64,000 bases of DNA, from NCBI GenBank assembly GCA_963729715.1, contig CAVSPA010000005.1:384001-448000 (forward strand), written 5' to 3'. The DNA comes from an uncultured delta proteobacterium. GTDB taxonomy: Bacteria > Desulfobacterota > Syntrophia > Syntrophales > UBA2185. Both the position numbers and the translations under genes were made by a program. Positions 20,314 to 29,758 of this stretch are shown piece after piece; position 1 is the stretch's first letter, and each line of letters starts with the position of its first letter. The notes beneath the pieces are model-generated. The model was not told the origin of the DNA. It was given only the letters and a program-made list of their open reading frames with translations, and did no database searches.

Positions 20314-20592
20314 ATGAGATTTTACACTAATCAACGCAACTACTACTGCGGAATCGACCTCCGCACAAGAAAAATGTATATCTGCATCCTCGATGAAAAA
20401 GGAGAAATCAGGGAACATCGCAACCTGAAAACCGACCGTGATACCTTTCTCAAAGCCATCGCTCCCTTTCGTGAGGATATTGTCGTTGCTGTAGAATGCA
20501 TCTTCACCTGGTACTGGGTAGCCGATCTTTGCCACAACGAAGGCATTCCTTTTGTAGATACCAATAACCGGCGCATTTCATTTTTTCTTTGA
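20314..20592 (+). pseudogene. IS110-family transposase, N-terminal fragment
   Basis: YYCGIDL...YICILD...VAVECIFTWYWVADLC (DEDD RuvC-like start) after an AGGAGG RBS; truncated after ~80 aa. Confidence 0.8.
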
Positions 20593-20659
20593 TCTCTCCT
20601 GCAAATTACGGAAGGAAATCTGCTAGAAAAGCGCATCATGCCGAAATCTCGCTTTCAGT

Positions 20660-21190
20660 GATCCTCCCCCAGCAGGAGCTGGGGGCTTCTTAAATCACAA
20701 CGTTAATTGCAGTTGTCCTTTGTCTTCTTTTTCTTGATACTTAACATAGGCGAGAATTTCCTTTTCACTTAAGCCTATGCACGATACACAGTAGCCTCGT
20801 GACCAGATGCCTTCTTTACTTGCATACGTCTTACGCAGAAAAGGAAATTTCGCCTTTATCTTTTTTGCCGACTGCGATTTGATGAACTGAACTACGTCGG
20901 CAACTGCAATTCTTGGCGGTATCACGACCACCATGTGAACATGGTCTAACTGAACACTAAGTTTTATTACCTCGATATCGGGATCAAGTTATGGGATGTG
21001 CGAAAGTGTTTCCCCCGCATATCCCTTTACACCTTTTACGAAGATTTTTCTCCGATATCTCGCTATCCAGACGAGATCATATTCTGTTTTATAGATAGCA
21101 TGGGCACTTTTACGATATCTCATGCCCTATCATACCAAATACTCACTCGTCTGGATAGCCACTACATCACCAGACAGGAGTTTGGTGTTT
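20660..21190 (-). mobile_element. tnpA: IS200/IS605-family element with frameshifted TnpA (CDS remnant 20695-21123)
   Basis: MRYRKSAHAIYKTEYDLVWIARYRRK, then a frameshift and stop, then DHVHM (HUH), WSRGYCVS and YVKYQ; terminal hairpins cccccagc-agga-gctggggg (~20666-20685) and actcgtctgg...ccagacaggagt (~21145-21181). Confidence 0.82.
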
Positions 21191-21368
21191 TATGTGGCTC
21201 AATAAAAACTGCCCGGACTAACCAAAAAATATTTCAATTTTGGGAATCGAACCTGCGTATATACTCACTATAAGTGTATCTCAGAATCTTCTGACCTTGA
21301 TCTGACCCTGAGCATTTAATCTTCCTAAATTTCGTCATCATAAATTGTCTCATAAATTGTCTTGCTTA

Positions 21369-21388
21369 TTATACCAAATATGGTATAA
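21369..21388. promoter_or_regulatory. Palindromic operator of the TA operon
   Basis: TTATACCA-AATA-TGGTATAA perfect inverted repeat 8 bp upstream of the toxin ATG. Confidence 0.65.
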
Positions 21389-21396
21389 GTAAATTC

Positions 21397-21756
21397 ATGG
21401 ATACGAAGCCGTTAGTCTGGATAGGTAGAAGCAGAGAGGATCTCAAAAAGTTTCCAGAGGCGGTTAAGGATGTTGCCGGTTTTGCCTTATATAAGGCCCA
21501 AATGGGCGGCAAACATCCGGCAGCAAAGCCATTGAAAGGTTTTCACGGCGCCGGTGTTGTTGAAATTGTCGAAAACTATTTTGGAAATACATATAGGGTT
21601 ATATACACAACCAGACTGGAAGGTGCAGTCTATGTTCTGCATGCTTTCCAGAAAAAGGCAAAGACTGGCATTGAAACACCGAAACAGGAAATTGATTTGA
21701 TAAATAGTAGACTGAAGACAGCTTCAGAGCACCATGAATTGCGATTCAAGAAATGA
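21397..21756 (+). CDS. RelE/ParE-superfamily toxin (Gp49/Tad-like, toxin-first TA)
   Basis: KPLVWIG.SREDL..FP, KPLKG.GAGV.EI, TYRVIY, VYVLHAFQKK. Confidence 0.88.
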   Translation: MDTKPLVWIGRSREDLKKFPEAVKDVAGFALYKAQMGGKHPAAKPLKGFHGAGVVEIVENYFGNTYRVIYTTRLEGAVYVLHAFQKKAKTGIETPKQEIDLINSRLKTASEHHELRFKK

Positions 21757-21764
21757 GGCATATT

Positions 21765-22088
21765 ATGAAGGATAAAGTAATGATGAGTAGTGGGAATGTC
21801 TTCGCAGATATCGGGCTTCCAGACGCGGAAGAACGCCTAGCAAAGGCACAGCTTGCCCACAAAATAAGTGAAATAATTCAGAAGCGCCATCTCAGTCAGT
21901 CAGGGGCTGCAAGAATCCTTGGAACAGAACAACCCAAAATTTCGGCTATCATGAATGGCAAGCTGTCGGGGTTTTCCCTTGAACGTCTCATTTTTTTTCT
22001 TAATGTCCTTGGCAGTGACGTCCAGATAATTGTTAAACCCAAACCGCCACGTCGTAAATCTGCCGCCCTGGAAGTAGTTTTCGCCTGA
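21765..22088 (+). CDS. XRE-family HTH antitoxin
   Basis: SSGNVFADIG, LSQSGAARILG..QPKIS, FSLERL; directly follows the toxin. Confidence 0.88.
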   Translation: MKDKVMMSSGNVFADIGLPDAEERLAKAQLAHKISEIIQKRHLSQSGAARILGTEQPKISAIMNGKLSGFSLERLIFFLNVLGSDVQIIVKPKPPRRKSAALEVVFA

Positions 22089-22274
22089 TTCTCGATTTGG
22101 GGATAATCAAAAAATATCCTCCTATTACGTAGTAAGCAACGCCGAAGACTGGATATCAAAACTTGCAAATAAAAAGGCGCGGTCCGGGTTTCCAAACATT
22201 TTATTGAATACGGGTTCAAACATGCGATGGTTTGACAGCCGATTTCTCAATTACAATATTTAAGGAGGTGTGCT

Positions 22275-22487
22275 GTGAAAGAGATTCCTCGTGGGGCAAG
22301 AAATAAATTCACAGAAATACATAAGGAGCGGTTGGCACGGGAGTATAGCGAGGCCGCGAAAGAAAGCACAGAAGTATACAAGGATTTACATGGGACATTT
22401 GACGATGGTCTCTGCGAAACAAGTGATGTGGATGGTGTGGAAAAAGGGGAAGCATGTTTTGAAGATCGGGCTACTCGGAAAAGATGA
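22275..22487 (+). CDS. Small hypothetical protein, possibly an antitoxin-like remnant
   Basis: TAAGGAGGT RBS and GTG start; LAREYSEAAKES...GTFDDGL resembles the C-termini of MazE-type antitoxins. Confidence 0.35.
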   Translation: MKEIPRGARNKFTEIHKERLAREYSEAAKESTEVYKDLHGTFDDGLCETSDVDGVEKGEACFEDRATRKR

Positions 22488-22740
22488 GATAGATTACGTG
22501 CACTGGCAAGAGATCGTCGTCTATAAGTCCTTCTAAAATATCGGGTTCTATTCCGCCGGGGAAGGGGATTGGCGACTTGTTCTATGGAAGAGATAAACAA
22601 GGTCTCGAAGATGCATGGTCTGAGGAGATCGTAATCCTCAAGTCTATAAAGCAGGTGACCCGTTCGTCTCGGTGATTTTTTTGAGATAACCAGGACTCGC
22701 ACGCGGAAACAACATATCCATTGATTTTTTTCGCAGATGA

Positions 22741-22779
22741 GTTTATAAATTGTGAACAATGAGTTTACGTATCATGAAC
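22741..22779. promoter_or_regulatory. Tandem GTTTA-N7-TGAAC operators at the HTH-MNT start
   Basis: GTTTATAAATTGTGAAC (22741-22757) and GTTTACGTATCATGAAC (22763-22779), 22 bp apart. Confidence 0.55.
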
Positions 22780-23313
22780 ATAGAAAAGCTTTTGTCAACA
22801 AAAGAGAGGATTGCCATACTCCGTGATGTCATCTATTCGGAGAGGCAGTTTGGCGTGAATGAAATAGCTGCAAAGCTTGGGCTTAGCAAGGGACTGGTGT
22901 CGAAATATTTTGAGATTCTGGAAAAGGAAAATATCCTTGAGAGAAAAAAAGGCAAGTTAGGCGTCAGAAATAATAGAGAAGTCAAGGCTTTGAAAATACT
23001 ATTCAACGTGCAGGGGATTAAGACTGGTATCTTGAAGCGCTATGAATTCGTTAAGGCGGCGGGCTTGTACGGAAGCTGTTCCAAAGGCACCAATACAGAG
23101 TCTTCGGATGTCGATTTATGGGTCAAGATCGAGCACGCGGAAGATAAAACAATCGCGAGCCTCACATCGGAGCTCAGGAGGTTGGTGAAAAATGCCAGGG
23201 TTCTCGTGCTTGACGATAAAAAAATACGGCAACTGAAGAAAGAAGATCCCCTATTTTACCACTCACTTTATTTCGGTTCAGTGATTCTGTATGGCCAAGA
23301 AGACGCTCTATAA
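22774..23313 (+). CDS. wHTH + minimal nucleotidyltransferase (MNT antitoxin, type VII TA-like)
   Basis: HTH (VNEIAAKLGLSKGLVSKY) and LYGS.SKGT...SDVDL Pol-beta motif; upstream alternative ATG at 22759. Confidence 0.85.
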   Translation: MNIEKLLSTKERIAILRDVIYSERQFGVNEIAAKLGLSKGLVSKYFEILEKENILERKKGKLGVRNNREVKALKILFNVQGIKTGILKRYEFVKAAGLYGSCSKGTNTESSDVDLWVKIEHAEDKTIASLTSELRRLVKNARVLVLDDKKIRQLKKEDPLFYHSLYFGSVILYGQEDAL

Positions 23314-23587
23314 CATTGACAGACTTCTCGATGAAGGACTGCTTAGGAAAATCCCGGCGTTAAGAGAAAAAGCAGGGGAAAGCCTCAGGACAGCCGAATC
23401 TTGGATAAAGGAAGCGGAAAACAACTTCCGCAGCAAAGCTTTCAGGTCATGTATCATATCAAGCTATCTTGCCATGTTCCATTTCGGCGCCCTTCTGATT
23501 GACATAGTCCCTTTTGGTGCCCTTGCTGACGAACATGGAAGAATTAGTTGGCCATCGGAGCATATTCATGAGCATAGTTGGGTTTAA
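23291..23587 (+). pseudogene. HEPN-domain protein, truncated
   Basis: EGLLRKI...AESWIKEAENNF...SSYLAMFH is a HEPN N-terminal half; the sequence then diverges close to an IS110 remnant. Confidence 0.65.
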
Positions 23588-23593
23588 AGAGGC

Positions 23594-23991
23594 TTATGAT
23601 AGTATAATATCCGCCAGTACCCGGGGATCCTTGTCATCTGTCTTCAGAGGAGAGTTGTCGTTTATCTCTTTTACCCTCTTTGTGTGCATGGGATTAACCT
23701 GGACTACCGTCACGGGCTTCTTTGACAGGTAATGGCCGATGGGTTCACCATAGGGACCTGTTGATTCGTATCCTACGATCACCTCATTGCATCTGAACCT
23801 GTTCTTATTCACAACAATCATGCTCCAGAGCCTGTCAAGCCCCGCCCTCGTATTGTCAAATCTGAAAGGCTTTATATCCCTTCCGTCTGTGGTGGTACAG
23901 TACCCTCTGTTCATCTCCAAACCGATTCTATTGTCACGATCAGCGTATCTTCCTTTACCCTTCCTATTTTCCCTGTGCCTGCTTTCTTCAT
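23594..23991 (-). pseudogene. IS110-family transposase, frameshifted and truncated
   Basis: MKKAGTGKIGRVKEDTLIVTI, frameshift at the first catalytic Asp codon, then IGLEMN...GYESTGPY...QVNPMHTKR...KTDDKDPRVLADI*. Confidence 0.82.
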
Positions 23992-24257
23992 GAATATATT
24001 CCCCCTTATTGTCTTAACTGAATAATCAATCTTGCCTCAGGGGGATATATATATCTTTAAACTGCTTCAATCATGAACTACAATATAGCAAGCTGTAATC
24101 CTCCCTTGGTAATTTTGTCAAATCATGCAATAATAGAGACAGTAATCGTTACTGACCTACAGGAATGGTTTCTATGCTTAGCAGAATCAACCAAAATGAA
24201 TTAGGAAAGCGGCCGATTACCGTGAGATCCCAGCGTCTGGCTCATTAAGGAGGAAAT

Positions 24258-25052
24258 ATGACTCTAAGAACAAAGCTCACATTGGGTTTAGGATTTCTGT
24301 TCCTGATAATTTTCACTCTTGCAGCTCTTTGCTCCTATTATGTTGGGGAATTGGGTCGAGAATCGGACAATATTCTTAAAGATAACTACTACTCCATCGT
24401 TTATTCCAGGAATATGCTTTCTGGTCTTGATGACATGAAGACTTCGATCACCAGCATCGTGTATAATAGAAGCCGAGTTGGAACAATGTCTCATTATTAC
24501 GTGAGACTATTCGAATCAGGAAGAAATGTATTTGAGACCAACTTAAAAGCGGAATATAATAATATAACAGAGATACACGAAAAAGAATATGTCGAAACAC
24601 TTAACCAGGACTATGATTCATACGTGAAACTCTGTTTTCAGATGAAGAGCGGATTGGGTGGAAGTTCGGTGTATTTTGATCAGTTTCTGCCGGCCTGCGA
24701 AAGACTGAAAAAATCTATCAACGCCATCTATGACATAAACACTCAGGCTGTAGTGCGGAAAAGCGAGTTGGTAAAGCATGATTCTTCCCGTTTCATTAAC
24801 TATATGGCGATCATAGGATCGATCTGCCTGTTGCTTGCGTTGGCTTACTTCTGGTATTTCCCGGTCTACATTTCCACCACCCTCAGCTATCTCTCGGAGA
24901 AAATGAAAAATTTGCTAAAGAGCAGTGGCGTCGCCTTTGACATAAAAACAAATGATGAGGCTTATATCATGTTACACGCCATAGGCCTGCTTGAAAACAA
25001 ATTGGGCGTAAAGAAAGAGGACACGCACAACACGAGAAATGGCGTGCAATAA
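24258..25052 (+). CDS. Membrane protein with a four-helix-bundle sensor domain only (kinase-less paralogue of the 11694 sensor)
   Basis: MTLRTKLTLGLGFLF...ILKDNYYSIVYSRNMLSGLD aligns with MFSLRQKLFLGFGGL...ILRENYLSVLACQNMKESLE; two TM helices; degenerate HAMP (KTNDE); no H-box. Confidence 0.7.
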   Translation: MTLRTKLTLGLGFLFLIIFTLAALCSYYVGELGRESDNILKDNYYSIVYSRNMLSGLDDMKTSITSIVYNRSRVGTMSHYYVRLFESGRNVFETNLKAEYNNITEIHEKEYVETLNQDYDSYVKLCFQMKSGLGGSSVYFDQFLPACERLKKSINAIYDINTQAVVRKSELVKHDSSRFINYMAIIGSICLLLALAYFWYFPVYISTTLSYLSEKMKNLLKSSGVAFDIKTNDEAYIMLHAIGLLENKLGVKKEDTHNTRNGVQ

Positions 25053-25340
25053 TCGTCCGGGCAGGTCGCCCCTCGTATGACCATTTGCTCCACTGGCGAG
25101 ATATTGTCCGATCTAAGATACTCCGTCCTCGACCATTTGACCTCTTTTCTGGAAGGAAAATCATAAATGAAAAAGCCAGAGAATTGATCTTCAACGAGGT
25201 TAAAAGAAAGGCGATTATATCATTCCTTAATCTTAACATTTCCTCACAGAACCATAATAATAGGCGTAATCAACATCTCTAAATTTCTCGCAACTTCCTG
25301 TAGGGTGGTTTTTCCATTTGCATTTATTTATTTATCTCTC

Positions 25341-25960
25341 AAAACCACTGACATAGTCAGTGGTGGGGCGTGGGGGCGGAGGCCCCACACCTTTAGCGCA
25401 TCAACAATGTTGATAAGCAGATAGGATTTGTTGTAACGTATCCATAGGAGGCAAGGGTATGGAAGAATACAACAAATCATCTCATGCAATTTACCGATGT
25501 GAGTATCACTTCGTTTGGGTTCCGAAATACCGCTATCAGGTGCTGGTGAAAGAGATCAAGCCAAGATTAAAGGAGCTGTTGGTGGAGTTATGCAACTGGC
25601 TTGACGTCACAATTATAGAAGGAGCGATATGTTCAGATCACGTGCATATGTATCTTTCAGTTCCTCCGAAATATTCTCCGGCCCATGTAATGAAGATCCT
25701 CAAAGGAAAAAGTGCAGAGTATCTGCGTAGGGATTTTCCTGAATTGTGCAAAAAGTATTGGGGGCTGCATATATGGGCCGGGGGCTATTTTGTGAGCACT
25801 GTGGGAATCGACAGCGCCACCATTCAGAAATATGTTAAAGAGCAAGTAGAAGATCAGATGCGAGAAGAGCAGCTTGGGTTATGGAGGGACGACAGCGAAT
25901 GACATTGTCAGGAGTTGTCGTCCTTCAAGAAAGCCACCGACAAGGTCGGTGGTAGTTTAC
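25341..25960 (+). mobile_element. IS200-type element (TnpA only) with terminal hairpins
   Basis: Left hairpin ccactgac-ata-gtcagtgg (~25345-25363) and right hairpin ccaccgac-aag-gtcggtgg (~25934-25952) flank an intact tnpA. Confidence 0.85.
25459..25902 (+). CDS. tnpA: IS200/IS605 Y1 HUH transposase
   Basis: YHFVWVPKYR, DHVHM, LKGKS, WAGGYFVSTVG, YVKEQ. Confidence 0.95.
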   Translation: MEEYNKSSHAIYRCEYHFVWVPKYRYQVLVKEIKPRLKELLVELCNWLDVTIIEGAICSDHVHMYLSVPPKYSPAHVMKILKGKSAEYLRRDFPELCKKYWGLHIWAGGYFVSTVGIDSATIQKYVKEQVEDQMREEQLGLWRDDSE

Positions 25961-26045
25961 TGAATATTTCAACTTGTAATCGCTATAAGGTCAGTGTAAT
26001 AGTCTTGCACGCATTGTAGATTAACCCGTTGCTGGAATAGACGTT

Positions 26046-28022
26046 ATGGTATCTCTTGACGCAGAGGATAAGCCGTCACTGCTTGACAGGATGCGCCATA
26101 AAATATTCGGTTCTCCCCATGACATAAACGAGCCATCCGTATTTCACAAATTATCCCTCATCCCAATACTCGCATGGATCGGCCTCGGCGCTGATGGCCT
26201 CTCTTCTTCTTCCTATGGTCCTGAAGAAGCTTTCAAGGCGTTAGGCAGTCACACCTATATCGCCTTCTTTTTGGGACTTGCGACTGCTTTCACGGTATTT
26301 GTCATCGCCTATGCTTACTCTCGAATCATTGAGCATTTTCCTCACGGAGGCGGCGGATATATTGTCGCCACTCACACCATTAGCGATGGTGCGGGGGTCG
26401 TATCGGGGAGCGCCTTGCTCGTCGATTATATGTTGACAATTACCGTATCCCTTGTTTCCTGTGGTGACGCCCTCTTCAGCTTTCTGCCCGTGGCATACCT
26501 TAAATACAAATTGATTTTCGCGGTGTTCTTAATTCTCATGATGGTAGTCATGAACCTGAGGGGGGTGAAAGAATCCGTAATAAGCCTCGCCCCCATTTTT
26601 ATTATCTTTGTTGTGACCCACATCCTGCTTATTGGCTATGGCGTATTGGATCACTCAGATCAGTTCGGATCTCTGGTTGGCGAATTTAAGGGAAGTATCA
26701 GGGAGGATGTAGCGTCCATAGGTTATATCGGTATGCTTGCAATCTTTCTCCGGGCCTTCTCTCTGGGAGGAGGTACCTACACGGGACTCGAAGCAGTATC
26801 AAACGGGATGCAGATCATGCGGGAGCCAAGGGTTCAGACGGGAAAAAAGACGATGGCCTATATGGCGCTATCTCTTGCATTTACGGCAGGTGGTCTTCTC
26901 ATTTGCTATGTCCTTTATCAAATAAAGCCTGTAGAAGGAAGAACGCTGAATGCTATCCTTGCGGACAACATTTTTGGCAACTGGCCATTAGGTGGTTGGA
27001 TTGCGCTCATCACTATTCTTTCCGAAGGTGCGCTCCTCATAGTGGGTGCCCAGGCAGGCTTTGTGGATGGCCCGAGAGTGATGGCCAACATGGCAACGGA
27101 TTTTTGGCTGCCCCGCCGTTTCACCATGCTTTCAGACCGCTTTACGATGCAAAATGGCGTGCTATTGATGGGCGGAGCGTCATTGTTGCTCTTATTTTAC
27201 ACTCACGGCTCCATCTCCGCCCTCATCGTCATGTATTCCATTAATGTCTTTGTCACCTTCTCCCTTTCACAGCTCGGCATGGTTGTTTTCTATGTCCGCA
27301 ACAGCAACGTGGACGAAAGATGGAAAAAGCATATCGCCATTCATATTGTGGGTCTGATTCTCTGCCTCACTATTCTTTTCGTAACCGTGTACGAGAAATT
27401 TGAGGAGGGTGGATGGATGACCATTCTTATAACCTCAGTCGTCATAGTCTTGTGCTATTGGATCCACGGCCATTACGGGAAGGTCCACAAGGCAGCCCGG
27501 AAACTGGAAGAAGTCCTAACCGGACTCCCCCCCGGGAGCAATTTCAATAATAATCCCGTCGATCCGAAGGAAGCGACCGCCATTATGCTTGTCAGCGGTT
27601 ATAATGGATTTGGTATTCACGTTTGGCTTTCCATTATTCGTAAGTTTCCCAAGCTGTATAAGAATTTCATTTTTGTGTCTGTCGCAGAGATAGATTCCGG
27701 GTCTTTTAAGGGTGTCGCGGAGATAGAAGCCTTGAAAACTTCTCTTTCAAGTGACCTGGAAAAATACGTCCACCTTGTCCGTTCCCTTGGATTTTCTGCA
27801 GATTACAGAATGAGCGTAGGAACGGATGTCGTAGATAGTGTAACGCAACTTTGCAAATCTCTGGCCAAAGAATTCCCCAGATCGATGGTATTTACGGGGA
27901 AGCTGATATTTCAATACGACCGCTATTTCCAGAGATTCCTTCACAATGAAACGGCCTTCGCCATTCAGCGGCATCTGCAGTGGGAGGGAGTTGATACAGT
28001 CATCCTGCCGATTCGTATCTGA
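26046..28022 (+). CDS. APC-superfamily transporter, KimA/YdaO-like K+ importer
   Basis: ADGLSSSSYGPEE, FPHGGGGYIV, LLVDYMLT, TGLEAVSNG, ~12 TM helices, C-terminal cytoplasmic domain ending LHNETA. Confidence 0.8.
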   Translation: MVSLDAEDKPSLLDRMRHKIFGSPHDINEPSVFHKLSLIPILAWIGLGADGLSSSSYGPEEAFKALGSHTYIAFFLGLATAFTVFVIAYAYSRIIEHFPHGGGGYIVATHTISDGAGVVSGSALLVDYMLTITVSLVSCGDALFSFLPVAYLKYKLIFAVFLILMMVVMNLRGVKESVISLAPIFIIFVVTHILLIGYGVLDHSDQFGSLVGEFKGSIREDVASIGYIGMLAIFLRAFSLGGGTYTGLEAVSNGMQIMREPRVQTGKKTMAYMALSLAFTAGGLLICYVLYQIKPVEGRTLNAILADNIFGNWPLGGWIALITILSEGALLIVGAQAGFVDGPRVMANMATDFWLPRRFTMLSDRFTMQNGVLLMGGASLLLLFYTHGSISALIVMYSINVFVTFSLSQLGMVVFYVRNSNVDERWKKHIAIHIVGLILCLTILFVTVYEKFEEGGWMTILITSVVIVLCYWIHGHYGKVHKAARKLEEVLTGLPPGSNFNNNPVDPKEATAIMLVSGYNGFGIHVWLSIIRKFPKLYKNFIFVSVAEIDSGSFKGVAEIEALKTSLSSDLEKYVHLVRSLGFSADYRMSVGTDVVDSVTQLCKSLAKEFPRSMVFTGKLIFQYDRYFQRFLHNETAFAIQRHLQWEGVDTVILPIRI

Positions 28023-28288
28023 TCCATATGTTCTGCATAGAAAGATCAATCAATGGACTTATGAAATGTACCAGCTCTCATGGCCACCTACTAAGTGCCT
28101 ATATCAATATGAAGCTCTGGGTTCCGAAATACGGCTTATTTGTGCAAATCCTAGAGAGAGACGGTTCTCCCATCAGGATGATTGCGCGAATCCATCAGCG
28201 CTTTGTACAAGTCGTGCGGCGTCGCTTTAAATGTTACAGACTGTCGAATCGTGCGTGTCTTCATGTGCTCACCTTTATAAGACTCCAT

Positions 28289-29056
28289 TTATTCTTTTCC
28301 GCGCCAGGCAAAAGTCTCCCTTTCTATCGCTCCTTGATCCACATGCAGGCTGCTGGCTTCCGCCAGCGCAGACTCCATCATAGGAGGCGGGCCGCAGAGA
28401 TAGAAGGATGCTTCTTTAGCGGCTCCGTGCCTCTTTAGGATATCCCCGCTCAAACGCCCCTTCTCATAGAAGACGCCGGGGTACTCTTGCCGGTAGTATC
28501 CCTCAACATCGTCGGCACGGCTGAGACAGTAAATCACCCTCAGATTGAGGTCCCTGGTCATGCCCTGGATCTCGTCTGTAGCGAACACGTCTTCCATAGT
28601 CTTATTCACCCAGAAAAGTGTGACAATATTTCGCGCCTCGATGTTTCTGAAGTGCCTGAGAACGCTTAGGAAGGGCGTTATACCCACTCCCCCAGCCATC
28701 ATGATAATTACAGGCTTGGCGTCAATATCCTTGCAGAATGCTCCTAGGGGCCCCATGCACCTCACTTCAGTTCCCGGCTTGAAATCCGGGATGGCGGAGG
28801 TGAATTGACCCGCCTTCTTGATAGTCAGGCACAGAACCGGGTCCTCCGGAGCGCTGGCTATAGAAAACGGGTGGGGATCACTCCATCCATCATTAGTCCT
28901 AATGCTGATTGATGCGAACTGGCCTGCCCTTCTCTTAGCCATCTTCTCGTCAGAACCTACGAGATAGAGTGAATTCGTATCCCGGTTTTCAGGAACAACT
29001 TTCATTATTTTCCAGATCTGCTTCTGGTCCTGTCCGGCGCTTCTTATATCCGTCAT
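28289..29056 (-). CDS. FAD/NAD(P)-binding oxidoreductase (FNR-like)
   Basis: HPFSIAS, GPLGAF, AGGVGITPFLS, YLCGPPPM, ERETF. Confidence 0.85.
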   Translation of the reverse strand: MTDIRSAGQDQKQIWKIMKVVPENRDTNSLYLVGSDEKMAKRRAGQFASISIRTNDGWSDPHPFSIASAPEDPVLCLTIKKAGQFTSAIPDFKPGTEVRCMGPLGAFCKDIDAKPVIIMMAGGVGITPFLSVLRHFRNIEARNIVTLFWVNKTMEDVFATDEIQGMTRDLNLRVIYCLSRADDVEGYYRQEYPGVFYEKGRLSGDILKRHGAAKEASFYLCGPPPMMESALAEASSLHVDQGAIERETFAWRGKE

Positions 29057-29069
29057 ATTATCTCCTTCC

Positions 29070-29693
29070 TCACCTGACGAGCTTCTGGGCCTCCTGAATT
29101 GCCCGTTCCATGTCCGGAAGATGGGTGATTTCAGGAACCACCTGGATGTAGCTCACCTTTCCATCTTTATCCACGATGATGATCGAACGCGCCAAGAGCA
29201 TTAAACCGTCCATCAGGAGACCGGTGGCGCGGCCGAAGGCACCCTCCTTGTAGTCGGAAAGAAATTGGATATTCTTAGTCTTTGCCTCCTGCGCAAATCT
29301 TTTTTGGGCAAATGGGGTATCGCGGCTGACGGTAATCATCTTGGCCTGGGGGGGGAGCTTGTCTCCGTAATCATTGAGGTAGTGGGTCTGCGCCTCACAA
29401 ACGGCTGTGTCTAAGGAGGGAACGACGCTCACGAAGAGGATGAAGCCTTTCATGTCTTTGGAGAGGTCCACGCGCTGCATAGTCATGGCATCCACTAGGT
29501 CTACTGATGGAAGCGTGCGGCCTACAGCAATTGGCTTACCGAGCAGGTTAAGGCTCATGCCCTCTCTCGCCACGGCGGAACCCGGTGCAACAGAGCCCTT
29601 CTCGACGGCAATATTGGCGCTCCCTGCCGCGCAGGCAGAGAGAAAAAACAAAAATAGGAATAATACGAGCAACCGTATTTTTTTTGTTTTCAT
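29070..29693 (-). CDS. tpx: Thiol peroxidase (Tpx-type peroxiredoxin), lipoprotein
   Basis: Lipobox LSAC; VPSLDTAVC peroxidatic motif; SRDTPFAQKRF; LARSI. Confidence 0.8.
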   Translation of the reverse strand: MKTKKIRLLVLFLFLFFLSACAAGSANIAVEKGSVAPGSAVAREGMSLNLLGKPIAVGRTLPSVDLVDAMTMQRVDLSKDMKGFILFVSVVPSLDTAVCEAQTHYLNDYGDKLPPQAKMITVSRDTPFAQKRFAQEAKTKNIQFLSDYKEGAFGRATGLLMDGLMLLARSIIIVDKDGKVSYIQVVPEITHLPDMERAIQEAQKLVR

Positions 29694-29758
29694 GGCAAAT
29701 CTCCTTTCTTCTTTAATGACAGCGGGCCGACCTCGCGAAAGTACGGCCTCAGTTAAAT

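Noticed and set aside
25902..25960. TnpB/omegaRNA associated with the IS200/IS605 elements
   Set aside because: Both elements end in a hairpin right after tnpA, leaving no tnpB ORF
25960..26045. c-di-AMP (ydaO) riboswitch expected upstream of a KimA-like gene
   Set aside because: No recognisable conserved riboswitch segments, and only ~85 bp lie between the IS end and the start codon
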